The notes beneath the pieces were generated by a model, which was not told the origin of the DNA, did no database searches, and was given only the letters and a program-made list of their open reading frames with translations. 64,000 bases of DNA from an uncultured Gemmatimonadaceae bacterium (GTDB lineage: Bacteria > Gemmatimonadota > Gemmatimonadetes > Gemmatimonadales > Gemmatimonadaceae). Positions within the stretch are counted from its first letter, which is position 1. Each line of letters starts with the position of its first letter. Shown piece after piece: positions 1 to 10,398 of this stretch. Location of the stretch: assembly GCA_963843845.1 (NCBI GenBank), contig CAWJMB010000002.1, positions 2,240,001-2,304,000 of the forward strand, given 5' to 3'. The position numbers and the translations under genes were made by a program.

Positions 1-722
1 CGCCCGACGACGACGAGTGTGAGCGACGAGTGGCCGAGCGCACGCGCACGCGCGACGGCCGCGATCGCGACGCCGATGTTCTTGTGAGGCTTCTGATTGC
101 CGACCACGAGGACGAACGGTCGCTCGACGCCGAGCGGAAGGCGTGCGCTACAGGCGTCGGGGAACCGAGTGGCGCCGTACGGCACGACCGTGACCTTGCC
201 GCGCGATACCGGGAAGGCCAGCGCGAGGTCATCGGCCGTGGCCTGCGATCCGCACAGCACGTGCGCTGCGGCACCGATTCCATGTCGAAGCGCGAGCCAG
301 CCGAGCCCACGTCGCGTCGCAGTCGTCGTCTCGGGCACCTTGAACGGAATGAGATCGTGCACCGTCATCACCGCGCGCGCCGGGAAGCCGACGAACGGGG
401 TGTCCCAGTGCGGGAAGAACGTCGCGCCGCCGTCGCCGAGTCTGGAGGGAACGCGTCGCAGCCAGTCGAGCTGCGAACGTGCCGAATAGAAGCCGCCCCG
501 GTAGGGAACGATGTCCACCGTGCCGCTCGATGGTCGGCCGGCCACGAACGACTCGAGTACGCCAGGATCGCCGAGCAACCGGAGCGTCGAGAAGGGGGGA
601 TCCGCGAGCCAGTGCGCGAGCAGCTCCCGCAGGTAGCGCCCGATCCCCGAGGCATGAAGGCCGCGCGCGTCGATCGCGAGCGTTCCCGGGTGACACGCGA
701 TCTGGTGCTCGGCGTGGAACAC
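1..722 (-). CDS. Glycosyltransferase family 4 (partial, runs off window start)
   Basis: Hand translation of the minus strand from GTG at 722 gives 'AIDARGLHASGIGRYLRELL' and later 'VLVVGNQKPHKNI', typical GT4 motifs. Not in the ORF track because no stop lies inside the window. Confidence 0.85.
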   Translation of the reverse strand, partial: MFHAEHQIACHPGTLAIDARGLHASGIGRYLRELLAHWLADPPFSTLRLLGDPGVLESFVAGRPSSGTVDIVPYRGGFYSARSQLDWLRRVPSRLGDGGATFFPHWDTPFVGFPARAVMTVHDLIPFKVPETTTATRRGLGWLALRHGIGAAAHVLCGSQATADDLALAFPVSRGKVTVVPYGATRFPDACSARLPLGVERPFVLVVGNQKPHKNIGVAIAAVARARALGHSSLTLVVVG

Positions 723-726
723 CAGC

Positions 727-2079
727 TCAGCTAAGGAGGGGGCGATCGGCGTCGAGCGCGTGCGACACCGTTCCGACCGCGCCCCACAGCGCGAACAGCG
801 GGGCCATGAGCAGCGGCAGCAGCAGACTGTTCACGAAGAGACTGTGCACGAGCAGCGCACACGTCGCGGCGACCGTCGCGATCGCGACGGCGCGTTCGTG
901 TGCCGTCGCACGGTCATCGCGCCACACGCGACGTGCGCGCGCGCAGAGCCGGACCACCATCGCCACGAACGTCGCCAGTCCGACCACGCCGGTGAGGACG
1001 GCGATGTAGATCAGCCCGCCGTCCAGCGAGAACGAGGAGGCGAGGCGGCCGACGTCGAAGCCGTAAGAGCGCAGCACGAATCCGTAGGTGTTGAAGCCGA
1101 TCCCGAAGATCGGGCTGTCGGCGAACAGCCGCGCCGCCTGCGCCCACGCGACGAGGCGCTGTAGCGCCGAAGCGTCGACCGTCAGCTTGTTGTACTCGCG
1201 CGCCAGGGCGAGCAGCGTGGGCGCCGCGAGCGCGGCGGCAGCGACGACGAGCACGCCGAAGCGAGCCAACCGCCGCGACGCACCCGCGACGCCTGCGACG
1301 ATACCCAGACCCACCAACGCCGCGAGGAACGAGCTGCGGGACACCGTGAGGGTCAGCGCGACGAGGAGCACGGCGAGCGGAGCCAGGCGCTGACGAGCGC
1401 CGGTGGCGATGCGGGCGGTCGCGAGCACGACGCCGAAGACGATGAGCGCGCCCGCGAAGTTGGGGTCGAGGAAGGTCGACACGAGCCGCCGTCCCTGGGC
1501 GTCCCAGTCGACGGTGACGACCGACTCGGGGTACACGACCTGCGCGAACCCCGGGATGAAGATGGCCTGGACGACGCCGAATGACGCGAACCCCAGAATC
1601 ACCCGCTCGAGCGTCCTGGTGAGCGTCGGCACGTCCGCCCGCCGCACGCAGTTAACGACCACGACGTAGATGGCGAAATACGCGGCCCAGCGAGCGAGAT
1701 ACGCGAGGCTGTAGGCGAGCTCACTCGCCGCCAGGCCGAAGCGCGGCGCGGCCGCGAGCGCGCTTCCGCCGCCGATCGCGACGAACAGCGCGCCGCCGCG
1801 TGCGACGCCGTCGAGAATCAACGAGCGACCGACGGCGACGGAGAGCGCGCCGGCGATCAGCAGGAGCGCGACCGCGCCGTCGGTCGCGAGGAGGGGCGCG
1901 GCACGTGTGCCGCCGCCGAACGATGGGACACGAGCGAGGTTGCCGAGTCCGATCATCCAGAGCACGAGCTGAACGAACGTGACCACACGAACCGTCGCGA
2001 CCGGCGCACCCGAGCGCGCCTCGCCCGAGCGAATGCCGACAGGCGCGCGCGTGTCCGCCGTGCTCACCGCGCCACTCAC
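727..2079 (-). CDS. O-antigen ligase / Wzy-like polysaccharide polymerase family membrane protein
   Basis: Multi-TM protein with 'RRLVSTFLDPNFAG', 'LTVSRSSFLA' and 'PIFGIGF' motifs of the Wzy_C/WaaL family; lies in a polysaccharide locus. Confidence 0.8.
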   Translation of the reverse strand: MSGAVSTADTRAPVGIRSGEARSGAPVATVRVVTFVQLVLWMIGLGNLARVPSFGGGTRAAPLLATDGAVALLLIAGALSVAVGRSLILDGVARGGALFVAIGGGSALAAAPRFGLAASELAYSLAYLARWAAYFAIYVVVVNCVRRADVPTLTRTLERVILGFASFGVVQAIFIPGFAQVVYPESVVTVDWDAQGRRLVSTFLDPNFAGALIVFGVVLATARIATGARQRLAPLAVLLVALTLTVSRSSFLAALVGLGIVAGVAGASRRLARFGVLVVAAAALAAPTLLALAREYNKLTVDASALQRLVAWAQAARLFADSPIFGIGFNTYGFVLRSYGFDVGRLASSFSLDGGLIYIAVLTGVVGLATFVAMVVRLCARARRVWRDDRATAHERAVAIATVAATCALLVHSLFVNSLLLPLLMAPLFALWGAVGTVSHALDADRPLLS

Positions 2080-4082
2080 GTGAGGACGACCGCGACCAGA
2101 TCGGCACCACTCGCACTCAGGGCGGTGGCCGCCTCCAACAGCTCGGACCGCTTCGTTCCACGACGCGCCACGAGAACCGTCACCAGCCCGGGGGCGACGC
2201 TCGCGAGCCCGCCTGGCTCGCTCAGTGCCGGGAGCGTTCGCGCGCTCGACGCGTGCGCGAGCACACGACGCGTGCCGTCATCCTCCCCTGCCGCACGCAC
2301 CATCGCTGACGTGTTGCCTGCCGTGACTACGGCGTGCGCCCCGTTCGGGTGATCGGGCGCTCGGAGCCACCGCGCGACGGCATCCGCGTCGGCATCGGTC
2401 GACAGCGGTGCGAATGCGAGGTCACGGCGCGGCGCGACGGCCGCGAAGAAGAGCGGTGTTCCACGCCCGAGACGTGCGGCCGGAACGCCGAGGAGTCTTC
2501 CGGCCTCGCTGGGAGCAGCCACTGTCGGGGAGAACAGCAGCGTGACGACGACGACGGCGATGCCGACGAGCGCACCTGCCGCCAGTGCCGACGCCATGAC
2601 GGGCAGGGGTCGCGGGAATGTCGGTCGTTTCGGCACGAACGCATGGTCGATCTGCCGCACGTCCCCCCCTTCCCCGATCGCGGCGAGCTGCGCGTCCAAC
2701 AGCTGCGTCTGGAGCGCGAGCGTCGCCTGACTCAATCGTCGCACGTCACGGGTACGACGGCCGAACTCCTGCCCTGCGGCCGGAAGCGCGGCGACCGAGG
2801 AATCGAAGCGGGCCGTCAACGTCGACAGCTCGGCACGCTGACGGCGCAGCGCACCCGCGTAGGCCACGCCGATGGGTCGAAGCTGACCTTCGAGCTGGCG
2901 GATGCTCGTCGTCAGCGATTGCACCTCCGGATCGGCTTCCGTGCGGCGCTCGAGCAACGTGGTGCGCTGGATGTCCAGCCTCGAGAGCTGCGCGAGGATC
3001 TCGTTGATCGCCGGGCTTCGCAGGAAGGTCGGGTACGCGGCGAGCTGGCGGTCGTTGATCGTTCCGGAGGTGACCTGCGCCAACATCTGATCGAGCGCAG
3101 CGCGCTCGACTTCGTTCGCTGCCACCTGCTCGCGCAGTTTGCTCTCACCCTCGAGATCGAGGCGGGCGACGAGCTCCGGGTCCAGCACCCCGGTTCGCTC
3201 CTGATAGCTGCGCAACGCGGCTTCCGCGCTCGCGAGCTGTGCGCCGACGCTGTCCAACTGCAACGAGACGAACTCGGCGCGGTGCTGGTTGACGCCACGG
3301 TCGACGGTCTTGCGACGAGCGAGGTAGTGCGCCACGAGCGCATTCGGGACCGAGGCAGCGGACAGCGAGTCCGGCGCTGCGAAGCTCAGCCGCGCGACGT
3401 CTCCCCCGACCTTGTCGACCCCGAGTCGCTTGCCCAGCCGCTCCATCGCATCTTCCCGGTCGAGCACCTGCACCTCGAACACGTCGGGAAGCGGCTCGGG
3501 CGCGAGCGCCAGCACGCCGGCGCCGGTGACGAGCGGTCGTCCGGGCGCGACACGCGCGTCGAGGCCGCGACCGGTGACGCGGAAGCCGCCGCCGTCGCGC
3601 GTGAAGCGCATCCGGATCTTTCTGAACGCCCCCGCATAGGGGCGCGGCTGCACCAGAGTCCACGGTGCCGCCCCTGCCGGTTCGACCACCCGCACCTGAA
3701 GACCCAGCGAGTCGCTGACCGCTTCGAGCAAGCTGCGACTCCGGAGAATCTGGAGCTCGGTCTCGATGGACGACCGCAGCGGCGCCGCCATGCCCGCCGG
3801 GGCGAGGTCGGTCGGCACCCCGAGGCGCGAGAGGAGCGAGCCGCCGGCCCCGTCGCGGTCTCGTACGAGGACGGTCGACGCTCCGTCGTAGCGCCGGGGC
3901 GCGAACACCAGGAGGGCGACTCCGATCGCCGCGGCGCTCAGTACGGCGCCCGCGATCGTACGCCATCTGCGCCGCAGCGCGCCGACGATCTCGCCGACCT
4001 CGACGACGTCGGCGGCGCGGGGCGGCGGGACGACGAATGCTCGAGACGACGGCGTCGGATCCGACGGCGACGCGCTCGTCAT
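2076..4082 (-). CDS. Wzc/GumC-like polysaccharide co-polymerase with degenerate C-terminal kinase-like domain
   Basis: N-terminal TM, 'IETELQILRSRSLL', coiled-coil periplasmic region and second TM after 'PKRPTFPRP'. ATG at 4082 overlaps the upstream stop (ATGA). Confidence 0.85.
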   Translation of the reverse strand: MTSASPSDPTPSSRAFVVPPPRAADVVEVGEIVGALRRRWRTIAGAVLSAAAIGVALLVFAPRRYDGASTVLVRDRDGAGGSLLSRLGVPTDLAPAGMAAPLRSSIETELQILRSRSLLEAVSDSLGLQVRVVEPAGAAPWTLVQPRPYAGAFRKIRMRFTRDGGGFRVTGRGLDARVAPGRPLVTGAGVLALAPEPLPDVFEVQVLDREDAMERLGKRLGVDKVGGDVARLSFAAPDSLSAASVPNALVAHYLARRKTVDRGVNQHRAEFVSLQLDSVGAQLASAEAALRSYQERTGVLDPELVARLDLEGESKLREQVAANEVERAALDQMLAQVTSGTINDRQLAAYPTFLRSPAINEILAQLSRLDIQRTTLLERRTEADPEVQSLTTSIRQLEGQLRPIGVAYAGALRRQRAELSTLTARFDSSVAALPAAGQEFGRRTRDVRRLSQATLALQTQLLDAQLAAIGEGGDVRQIDHAFVPKRPTFPRPLPVMASALAAGALVGIAVVVVTLLFSPTVAAPSEAGRLLGVPAARLGRGTPLFFAAVAPRRDLAFAPLSTDADADAVARWLRAPDHPNGAHAVVTAGNTSAMVRAAGEDDGTRRVLAHASSARTLPALSEPGGLASVAPGLVTVLVARRGTKRSELLEAATALSASGADLVAVVLT

Positions 4083-4858
4083 CTGAACGCCGAGACGAGC
4101 ACGGAGACCGCGACCGCGAACGATGACGCGGCCGCGACGCCGTTCCGGGCGAGCCACCCCCGGCGCGCGACCACGATGCGATCGCCGGAGCGCACCGTCT
4201 CCGCCGCCCCGTTCGGCCCGTCCCACCGACCGAGGGCGATGCGCTGGGTGCCACGGATGAGTTCCACGCGGTTCGGGTTGCCGTCGTCGGCGATCCCGCC
4301 GGCCTGCGCGATGAGGTCCCGCACCGACGTCACCGGCTCGACGTAGAAGACGTCGGGCTTCTTCACCGCGCCGAGCACGGCGACGCGTCGGAGGACGACG
4401 AGATCGATGTAGGGTTCGCGGAGGAAGCGGCCCAGCCGGCGCACGACCGAGTCGCGGACGACGAGCGGTGCGAGCCCCGCGACGCGAAGCACGCCGATCC
4501 GGGGCAAGGATACGTCGCCGGCGGCGTCGACCGAGAAGGTCCCGCCCCACGTCGTCTCCCGCCAGACGCGGAGCACGAGGCGATCGCCGGCCGCGACCGG
4601 GTCGATCCCGAGCGTGCCGGCGGCGGTCGTGTCCCGCGCCTGGCTGGAGCTGGCCGTCGTGGACGCCGGCGGCTGGGCGATCTGCGCCGCGGCGACCTGG
4701 GGCGCGCGGGTAGCGGCCGCGCAGACGAGTGCGAACAGTGCCCCGATGCGTCTCGCGGGCCGGTTGCGTCGGCCACGACGCGAGCGGTCCGCGAGAGGGC
4801 GGCGCGGCAGCGCGCCGGATCGGTCGGCTAGAGGTGTGGCGATGTGGGCACTCCGCAT
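4079..4858 (-). CDS. Polysaccharide biosynthesis/export protein (Poly_export + SLBB domain, Wza-like)
   Basis: 'GDRLVLRVW', 'VDAAGDVSLPRIG', 'VLGAVKKP', 'LIAQAGG' and 'VRSGDRIVV' motifs; start uncertain. Confidence 0.8.
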   Translation of the reverse strand: MRSAHIATPLADRSGALPRRPLADRSRRGRRNRPARRIGALFALVCAAATRAPQVAAAQIAQPPASTTASSSQARDTTAAGTLGIDPVAAGDRLVLRVWRETTWGGTFSVDAAGDVSLPRIGVLRVAGLAPLVVRDSVVRRLGRFLREPYIDLVVLRRVAVLGAVKKPDVFYVEPVTSVRDLIAQAGGIADDGNPNRVELIRGTQRIALGRWDGPNGAAETVRSGDRIVVARRGWLARNGVAAASSFAVAVSVLVSAFR

Positions 4859-5124
4859 GGTGGACGTCGAACGCGAGCCTGCCCGAAGCAGTCGGGAGCT
4901 ACGTGCCCGCAAATTGACACGACGCAGGCATGCACGCGAGGCATTCAATGTGCGTTGCGTGGCGCGCCGGATGCGGCGACGTGATCGACGAAGAGGGCGG
5001 TAGGACCTCCGTCGCTACTATGCGATCCACGTCTCGGTTAGGTTACCCGCGGTTTCGGTAGCGACTCGCGCGCTCCACTCGTTCACGTCAGCTGCAGCTG
5101 CGACCTACCGGCTCCCTGGACAGC

Positions 5125-5985
5125 ATGCCTCAGCGCCCGCTGCGCGCAACACCGCCCGACGAGAAAGCTACGAGAGCCGTACGCGCGGAACGCGTGTCGT
5201 GGGAGCCCACGGGAAGTTCGCCGTCGCCCATGCGCGCGGCGACCACAGCCAACCGAGCCGACGGCGTTCGGGCCGTCGGCGCCGCAGCCCGCTCGACGTC
5301 GTCGCCGTCGCCACTCGGCCACACGGTCGAGATCACTCCGCTGGCGGACGCGCGTCGGCGCGCGCACAGTCGGAGTTGGCGGCTCGTCGCCAAGCGCGGA
5401 ATCGACATCGTCGGCGCCATCGTGGGACTCGTCGTGAGCGCGCCGATCCTCCTCCTGCTCGCGCCGGCGATCCGGCTGGAATCGTCGGGGCGGGTCTTCT
5501 TCTCGCAGACACGCATCGGGCGCAACGGGCGTACGTTCCAGTGCTACAAGCTCCGGACGATGTGCGATGACGCGGAGCGCCAACTCGCGGAAAATGGGGC
5601 GCTTCGCGACAGCTACCGCCGGCACGACTTCAAGATTCCCGCGCACGTCGATCACCGCGTGACGCCGCTCGGTCGGTTCCTTCGCATCACCAGCCTCGAC
5701 GAGCTTCCGCAGTTCTGGAACGTGCTGCGCGGCGAGATGTCGCTCGTTGGGCCACGCCCGATCGTGCCCGCGGAGCTCGCGCACTACGCCACGCAGCGCG
5801 CCACCCTGCTCTCCATGCGTCCCGGCCTCACCGGTGCCTGGGCGGTGAGCGGCCGGAGCCGAGTCGGCTATCCTCACCGCGCCGCGATCGAGCTCGACTA
5901 CGTCCGACGCTGGTCGGTGCATCGTGACATCACGATCATGCTGCGGACCGTGCTCGTGGTGCTGCAGCGTCGCGGCGCCTACTGA
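5125..5985 (+). CDS. Priming sugar transferase (Bac_transf / undecaprenyl-phosphate glycosyl-1-P transferase)
   Basis: 'KRGIDIVGA', 'FQCYKLRTM', '[23 protein letters not shown]' and 'RPGLTG' motifs; true start may be the ATG at 5230. Confidence 0.92.
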   Translation: MPQRPLRATPPDEKATRAVRAERVSWEPTGSSPSPMRAATTANRADGVRAVGAAARSTSSPSPLGHTVEITPLADARRRAHSRSWRLVAKRGIDIVGAIVGLVVSAPILLLLAPAIRLESSGRVFFSQTRIGRNGRTFQCYKLRTMCDDAERQLAENGALRDSYRRHDFKIPAHVDHRVTPLGRFLRITSLDELPQFWNVLRGEMSLVGPRPIVPAELAHYATQRATLLSMRPGLTGAWAVSGRSRVGYPHRAAIELDYVRRWSVHRDITIMLRTVLVVLQRRGAY

Positions 5986-7187
5986 CGCGCGAGGTCGTCG
6001 CCAGAACGACCGCGTCGCATGGCGCGCTGGTGCCGGTCCAGCTCGCGCGCGAGCACGTCGCCGAACTCTCGGCGAAATCGCGCAGGGGAGAAACGTTCGG
6101 CGTTGCGTCGACAGGCGTCGTGCGAGATTCGCGTCGCATGCGCCTCGAACGTCCGGACTGCCTCCACGACGGCTTGCGCGGACTGCGCGTCGAACAATAC
6201 GCCGCACGGCTCGTCGCACTCGAGACCCGGAATGGTTTCGGGGAGCGCGCCACCAGCGTAGGCGATGACCGGCGTGCCGACCGCCTGCGCCTCCAGCGGC
6301 GCGATACCGAAATCTTCGACCGCGCAGAAGAGGAACGCCCGCGCCGCCCGCAGCTGCGTCACCAACTCGGCGCGCGACACGTGACCCAGGAGCGTCACGT
6401 TCCGTCCCGCCCGCGCCCGAATGCGCGCTGCCTCAGGCCCATCGCCGATCACGACGAGGTGCCGGTCCGGCATGGAGCGGAAGGCGTCGACGATGACGTC
6501 GAGACGCTTGTACGGAACGAAACGCGACGCGGTCACATAGTGGTCGCCACGCGGCCCCGCCGGAGTGAACGTGTCGACATCCACCGGAGGGTAGACGACA
6601 GTCGATGACCGACGGTACGCCTTCTCGATACGGCGAGCGATGAAGTGCGAGATCGCGATGAATGCGTCGACGTTCGCCGCCGTTCGGACATCCCATTCAC
6701 GAATGCGAGACAACAACCGGCGCGTGAACAGCCCCGTGGGACCGTAGCCTAGCCCCGCCTGCGCGAGGTACTCGTGCTGAAGGTCCCACGCGTAGCGGAT
6801 GGGCGAGTAGCACATGCACAGGTGCAGCTGGTCCGGCCCGGTCAGCACCCCTTTCGCGACCGCATGACTACTCGACACGACCACGTCATATCCCGTGACG
6901 TCCAGCTGCTCGATCGCGAATGGCATGAGCGGCAGGAGCAGCCGATGCCGCTTCCGCAGCACGGGGAGCCGGTCGAGGATGGACGTCAGGATGTGTCGGC
7001 CGTGGAGAAAGCCGCGTTCCGACTCCGGAAGCGTGTCGATGAGCGTCGCCACGTCCGCCGTCGGGAGCACGCGCAGCATTTCGGCCAGCACGCGCTCCGA
7101 GCCGGCGTTCGTGACGAGCCACTCGTGCACCACGACGGCACGCGCCCCGGCACCCCCGCCGTGCCGCGCCTCCGAGGGGGAGGTCAG
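5979..7187 (-). CDS. Glycosyltransferase family 4
   Basis: 'VVHEWLVTNAGSERVL', 'SSSHAVAKGV' and 'EDFGIAPLEAQAVGTPVIA' (EX7E). Start uncertain: CTG at 7187 overlapping the upstream stop, or a later GTG. Confidence 0.9.
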   Translation of the reverse strand: MTSPSEARHGGGAGARAVVVHEWLVTNAGSERVLAEMLRVLPTADVATLIDTLPESERGFLHGRHILTSILDRLPVLRKRHRLLLPLMPFAIEQLDVTGYDVVVSSSHAVAKGVLTGPDQLHLCMCYSPIRYAWDLQHEYLAQAGLGYGPTGLFTRRLLSRIREWDVRTAANVDAFIAISHFIARRIEKAYRRSSTVVYPPVDVDTFTPAGPRGDHYVTASRFVPYKRLDVIVDAFRSMPDRHLVVIGDGPEAARIRARAGRNVTLLGHVSRAELVTQLRAARAFLFCAVEDFGIAPLEAQAVGTPVIAYAGGALPETIPGLECDEPCGVLFDAQSAQAVVEAVRTFEAHATRISHDACRRNAERFSPARFRREFGDVLARELDRHQRAMRRGRSGDDLARQ

Positions 7188-9253
7188 ACGCGATCCCCGG
7201 TTGGACCGAGTTGCAGTTCTGCGAAACCGGGCACCGACGGCCGCGGGCGGGCGCGCGGCATCGGGTCCGTCGGTCGAATGGGCGGCCGCGTCGGGCTCGG
7301 CGGACCACCCGCGGATCCCGACCACGCGTAGTCCGGAACGAGCGACCGGATCGCTGCCCGCAACGTCGCATCCGGACGTCCCGACCGTGCCATAGCGATC
7401 AACTCGTCGACCGATGGCGGGCCGCCCAGGTCGATCGCGGCGTGTTTCGCGCGGAGCACCTTGGGGTGCTCCGTGGGAGTCGCGCTCTCGGCGTCGAAGA
7501 AGAGCTCTTCGTAGAGCTTCTCGCCGGGCCGGATGCCAGTCTCCTTGATCTCGATGTCGACACCTTCCTCGAGCCCGGAGAGGCGAATCACGTCTCGCGC
7601 GAGGTCGTAGATCCGTATCGGCTCGCCCATGTCGAGCACGAAGACCTCGGAGCCTTCCGCCATCGTCCAGGCTTGCAGGACCAGGTGCACCGCCTCCGGG
7701 ATCGTCATGAAATAGCGGCGCATCTCGCGATCGGTGATCGTGACCGGACCGCCCGCCTGGATCTGACGAAGGAAGATCGGCACCACGCTTCCGCGGCTGC
7801 CGAGCACATTGCCGAAGCGCACCGAGACGAAGTGGCGGAGCGCGTCCTGCTCGTAGCGCTGGACGATCCCCTCGGCGAGTCGCTTCGTCGCGCCCATGAC
7901 GCTCGTGGGTCGGACGGCCTTGTCGCTCGAGATCAGGACGAACCGCTCTGCGCCGTAGCTCCACGCGAGGTCGGCGACGACCTGGGTCCCGAGCACGTTG
8001 TTCAGGATCGCTTCGGCCACATTCTCCTCCATCAGCGGCACGTGCTTGTGCGCCGCCGCGTGGAACACGGTGTGTGGTCGGTAGCGATCGAACACCTCGC
8101 GCATCCGTGCCTCGTCGCGGACGTCGGCGATGACCGGCAGCACCGGTCGGTCGGGCACCAGGCTCCGCAGGTCCTGGAGGAGATCGAAGATGGAGTTCTC
8201 GCCGCGGCCGACGGCGATCAGCGTTGCAGGCTCGAGGGTCGCCAGCTGCCGGCACAGTTCGCTACCGATCGAGCCGCCGGCCCCGGTGACGAGAATCGTC
8301 CGGCCGTGCGCGCGCTCTCGAACGCGCCCGAGTTCAGCGCTCACGGGCTCTCGGCGCAACAGGTCCGCGATCTCGACACGCCGGAGGGCGCTCACCGCCT
8401 TCCGTCCATTGATCAGCTCGAAGAGCCCCGGCACGGTTCGCACGGCGACGGGGGCCGCTGCGGCCGCACGAACGATGTCGCGAACCGTCTTCCCCGGGGC
8501 GCTCGGCATCGCGATGATGACCTCGTCGATCGACTCCCGCTGCACGACGGCCACCAGCGTGTTCAGGGCGCCGACGATCTCCACGCCGTGCATGCTCCGA
8601 CTCAGCTTCGACGGATCGTCGTCGACGAAGGCGATCGGGATGAGGCCGAGCTGCGGGTTCTCGAGCAGCTCGCGCGCGATCATGGCGCCAGCCGCCCCGG
8701 CGCCGGCGATGAGCACGCGCTTCCCGTTCACAGGCCGCCCACGTTTGGCGTTCAGGAGTCGGGCGCGGACCGTGAGTCGCGGGATGGCGATGAGCACCGC
8801 GCCGAGGAGCGCGTCGAGCGCGATCACCGACAGCGGCACCCGTGAGAACGAGAGCCGAAGCAGCGGGATGACCGAGACCCCGATGACCAGGCTCGCGAGC
8901 GCCGCCCCACCGAGTGCCAGGGCGAGGTGTTTGTAGTCGTCGATGCTCGCGTAGCGCCAGAGCCGGCTGTAGAGGCCGGCGCGCCACATCAGCGCGAGCT
9001 TGACAGGAACGCCGACTGCCGCGAAGGCGATGAACACCTCGCTGGCCCCGTCCGGCCACGACGCGCTCTCGAACCGGATCGTGAACGCGAGCCAGATCGC
9101 GACGGGTAGCAGGCACGCATCGACGAGTAACAGATAGCGATTGCGGAGACGCGTCGACGTACGCGTCCACCGCTCCTGCTCGGACGTTCGACTCATGAGT
9201 GCGACGGCTCGCTGACGTGTGCCCGGCTCATCCGAGGGCGCATCCTTGGGCAT
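7184..9253 (-). CDS. Membrane-bound nucleotide-sugar 4,6-dehydratase (CapD/WbpM/PglF family)
   Basis: N-terminal TMs, 'LVTGAGGSIGSELCRQ', 'HAAAHKHVPLME', 'SSDKAV' and 'VRFGNVLGSRGSVVP'. Start is ATG 9253 or 9196. Confidence 0.93.
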   Translation of the reverse strand: MPKDAPSDEPGTRQRAVALMSRTSEQERWTRTSTRLRNRYLLLVDACLLPVAIWLAFTIRFESASWPDGASEVFIAFAAVGVPVKLALMWRAGLYSRLWRYASIDDYKHLALALGGAALASLVIGVSVIPLLRLSFSRVPLSVIALDALLGAVLIAIPRLTVRARLLNAKRGRPVNGKRVLIAGAGAAGAMIARELLENPQLGLIPIAFVDDDPSKLSRSMHGVEIVGALNTLVAVVQRESIDEVIIAMPSAPGKTVRDIVRAAAAAPVAVRTVPGLFELINGRKAVSALRRVEIADLLRREPVSAELGRVRERAHGRTILVTGAGGSIGSELCRQLATLEPATLIAVGRGENSIFDLLQDLRSLVPDRPVLPVIADVRDEARMREVFDRYRPHTVFHAAAHKHVPLMEENVAEAILNNVLGTQVVADLAWSYGAERFVLISSDKAVRPTSVMGATKRLAEGIVQRYEQDALRHFVSVRFGNVLGSRGSVVPIFLRQIQAGGPVTITDREMRRYFMTIPEAVHLVLQAWTMAEGSEVFVLDMGEPIRIYDLARDVIRLSGLEEGVDIEIKETGIRPGEKLYEELFFDAESATPTEHPKVLRAKHAAIDLGGPPSVDELIAMARSGRPDATLRAAIRSLVPDYAWSGSAGGPPSPTRPPIRPTDPMPRARPRPSVPGFAELQLGPTGDRV

Positions 9254-9337
9254 AGGCGAACCGGACAAACTAATCCGGTCCGCCCGGAGACGCCCCTGGA
9301 GCGGCGCTGCCGCACCGATCCGTCGCCGCGACGACGG

Positions 9338-10396
9338 TTACCGTGTCCGAAGGGCCTCGCCGAGCTCGGATCCGCGAGACCCGGATCGAGCGACGATCCG
9401 CTCGAGGATCACTCCTACGACGACGAGAAACACCGCGTAGGAGCCGGTGGCCATTCCGAACATCCCCGTCGGCGCGAACAGCGCGATGAGCGCGCCGACG
9501 GCCGCGCACGAGCCATACAGGATCGTCGTTCGAGCGTGGGACCACGGGCCGTTCGCCAGACGCTGGTACAGATGCTCACGATGCGCGATCCAGATCCGGT
9601 CGCCGCGCACCGAGCGCCGCACCAGCGTGACGAGCGCATCGCCGAAGAGGGGCGCGAGCGGAAGGTACGAGCGAACGACCGACGCGTCGTTCTCGTGCAT
9701 CAGGGCGATCCCGAGCACGACGACGATCACGCCGAACGCGCCGGAGCCGACGTCTCCGAGGAAGATTCGAGCCGGCGACCAGTTCCACACGAGGAAACCG
9801 ACCGCCGCGCCGGCGGTCGCCGCCGCGCCCTGCTGGACGGCTGAGCCCGCGGGGACGGCGGACGAGACGAAGGACGCGTACAACAGCAGCTGGGACGCGA
9901 TCAGCCCGTCGATGCCATCCATGAAATTCGTCACGTTGATCGCCGACACGGTCCACACGATCCACCAGAGCGGGACGAGGACCGCTGGTAGCGCGATCGG
10001 ACCGCTCGCCCCAGCTGCCGCCGCGACCGATGCGATGGCGACGCCGGCGACCACGTGCACGGCGAGCCTGATGCGCGCCGGCACGGCGTCATGGTCGTCG
10101 CACCACCCGACCCACGCGACGATCGCGACCGCCGCACCGATCGCGATCGCCGAGATCCCGGTGAGCGCTCGGCTCGCCGCGAGGAGACCCAGAGCGCCGA
10201 GCAGAACGAGAACCGCCCCGAGGCCGCCTCCGCGCGGCGTCGGGACGGTGTGCGAGCTTCGCTCGTTCGGGTGGTCGAGCACCCCGCGCCGGAGCGCATA
10301 GCGGCGCACGCCGCCGACGGTCACCCACGACGCGGCTCCCGCGAGGAGGAAGAGCGCGACCGGCCACCACACAGCTCGCCAGACGAACGGCAACAC
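9338..10396 (-). CDS. MraY/WecA-family (WbpL-like) UDP-HexNAc:undecaprenyl-P transferase
   Basis: 'DHPNERSSHTVPTPRGGG', 'NFMDGIDG', 'IFLGDVGS' and 'HREHLYQRL'. Confidence 0.92.
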   Translation of the reverse strand: MLPFVWRAVWWPVALFLLAGAASWVTVGGVRRYALRRGVLDHPNERSSHTVPTPRGGGLGAVLVLLGALGLLAASRALTGISAIAIGAAVAIVAWVGWCDDHDAVPARIRLAVHVVAGVAIASVAAAAGASGPIALPAVLVPLWWIVWTVSAINVTNFMDGIDGLIASQLLLYASFVSSAVPAGSAVQQGAAATAGAAVGFLVWNWSPARIFLGDVGSGAFGVIVVVLGIALMHENDASVVRSYLPLAPLFGDALVTLVRRSVRGDRIWIAHREHLYQRLANGPWSHARTTILYGSCAAVGALIALFAPTGMFGMATGSYAVFLVVVGVILERIVARSGSRGSELGEALRTR

Positions 10397-10398
10397 GG

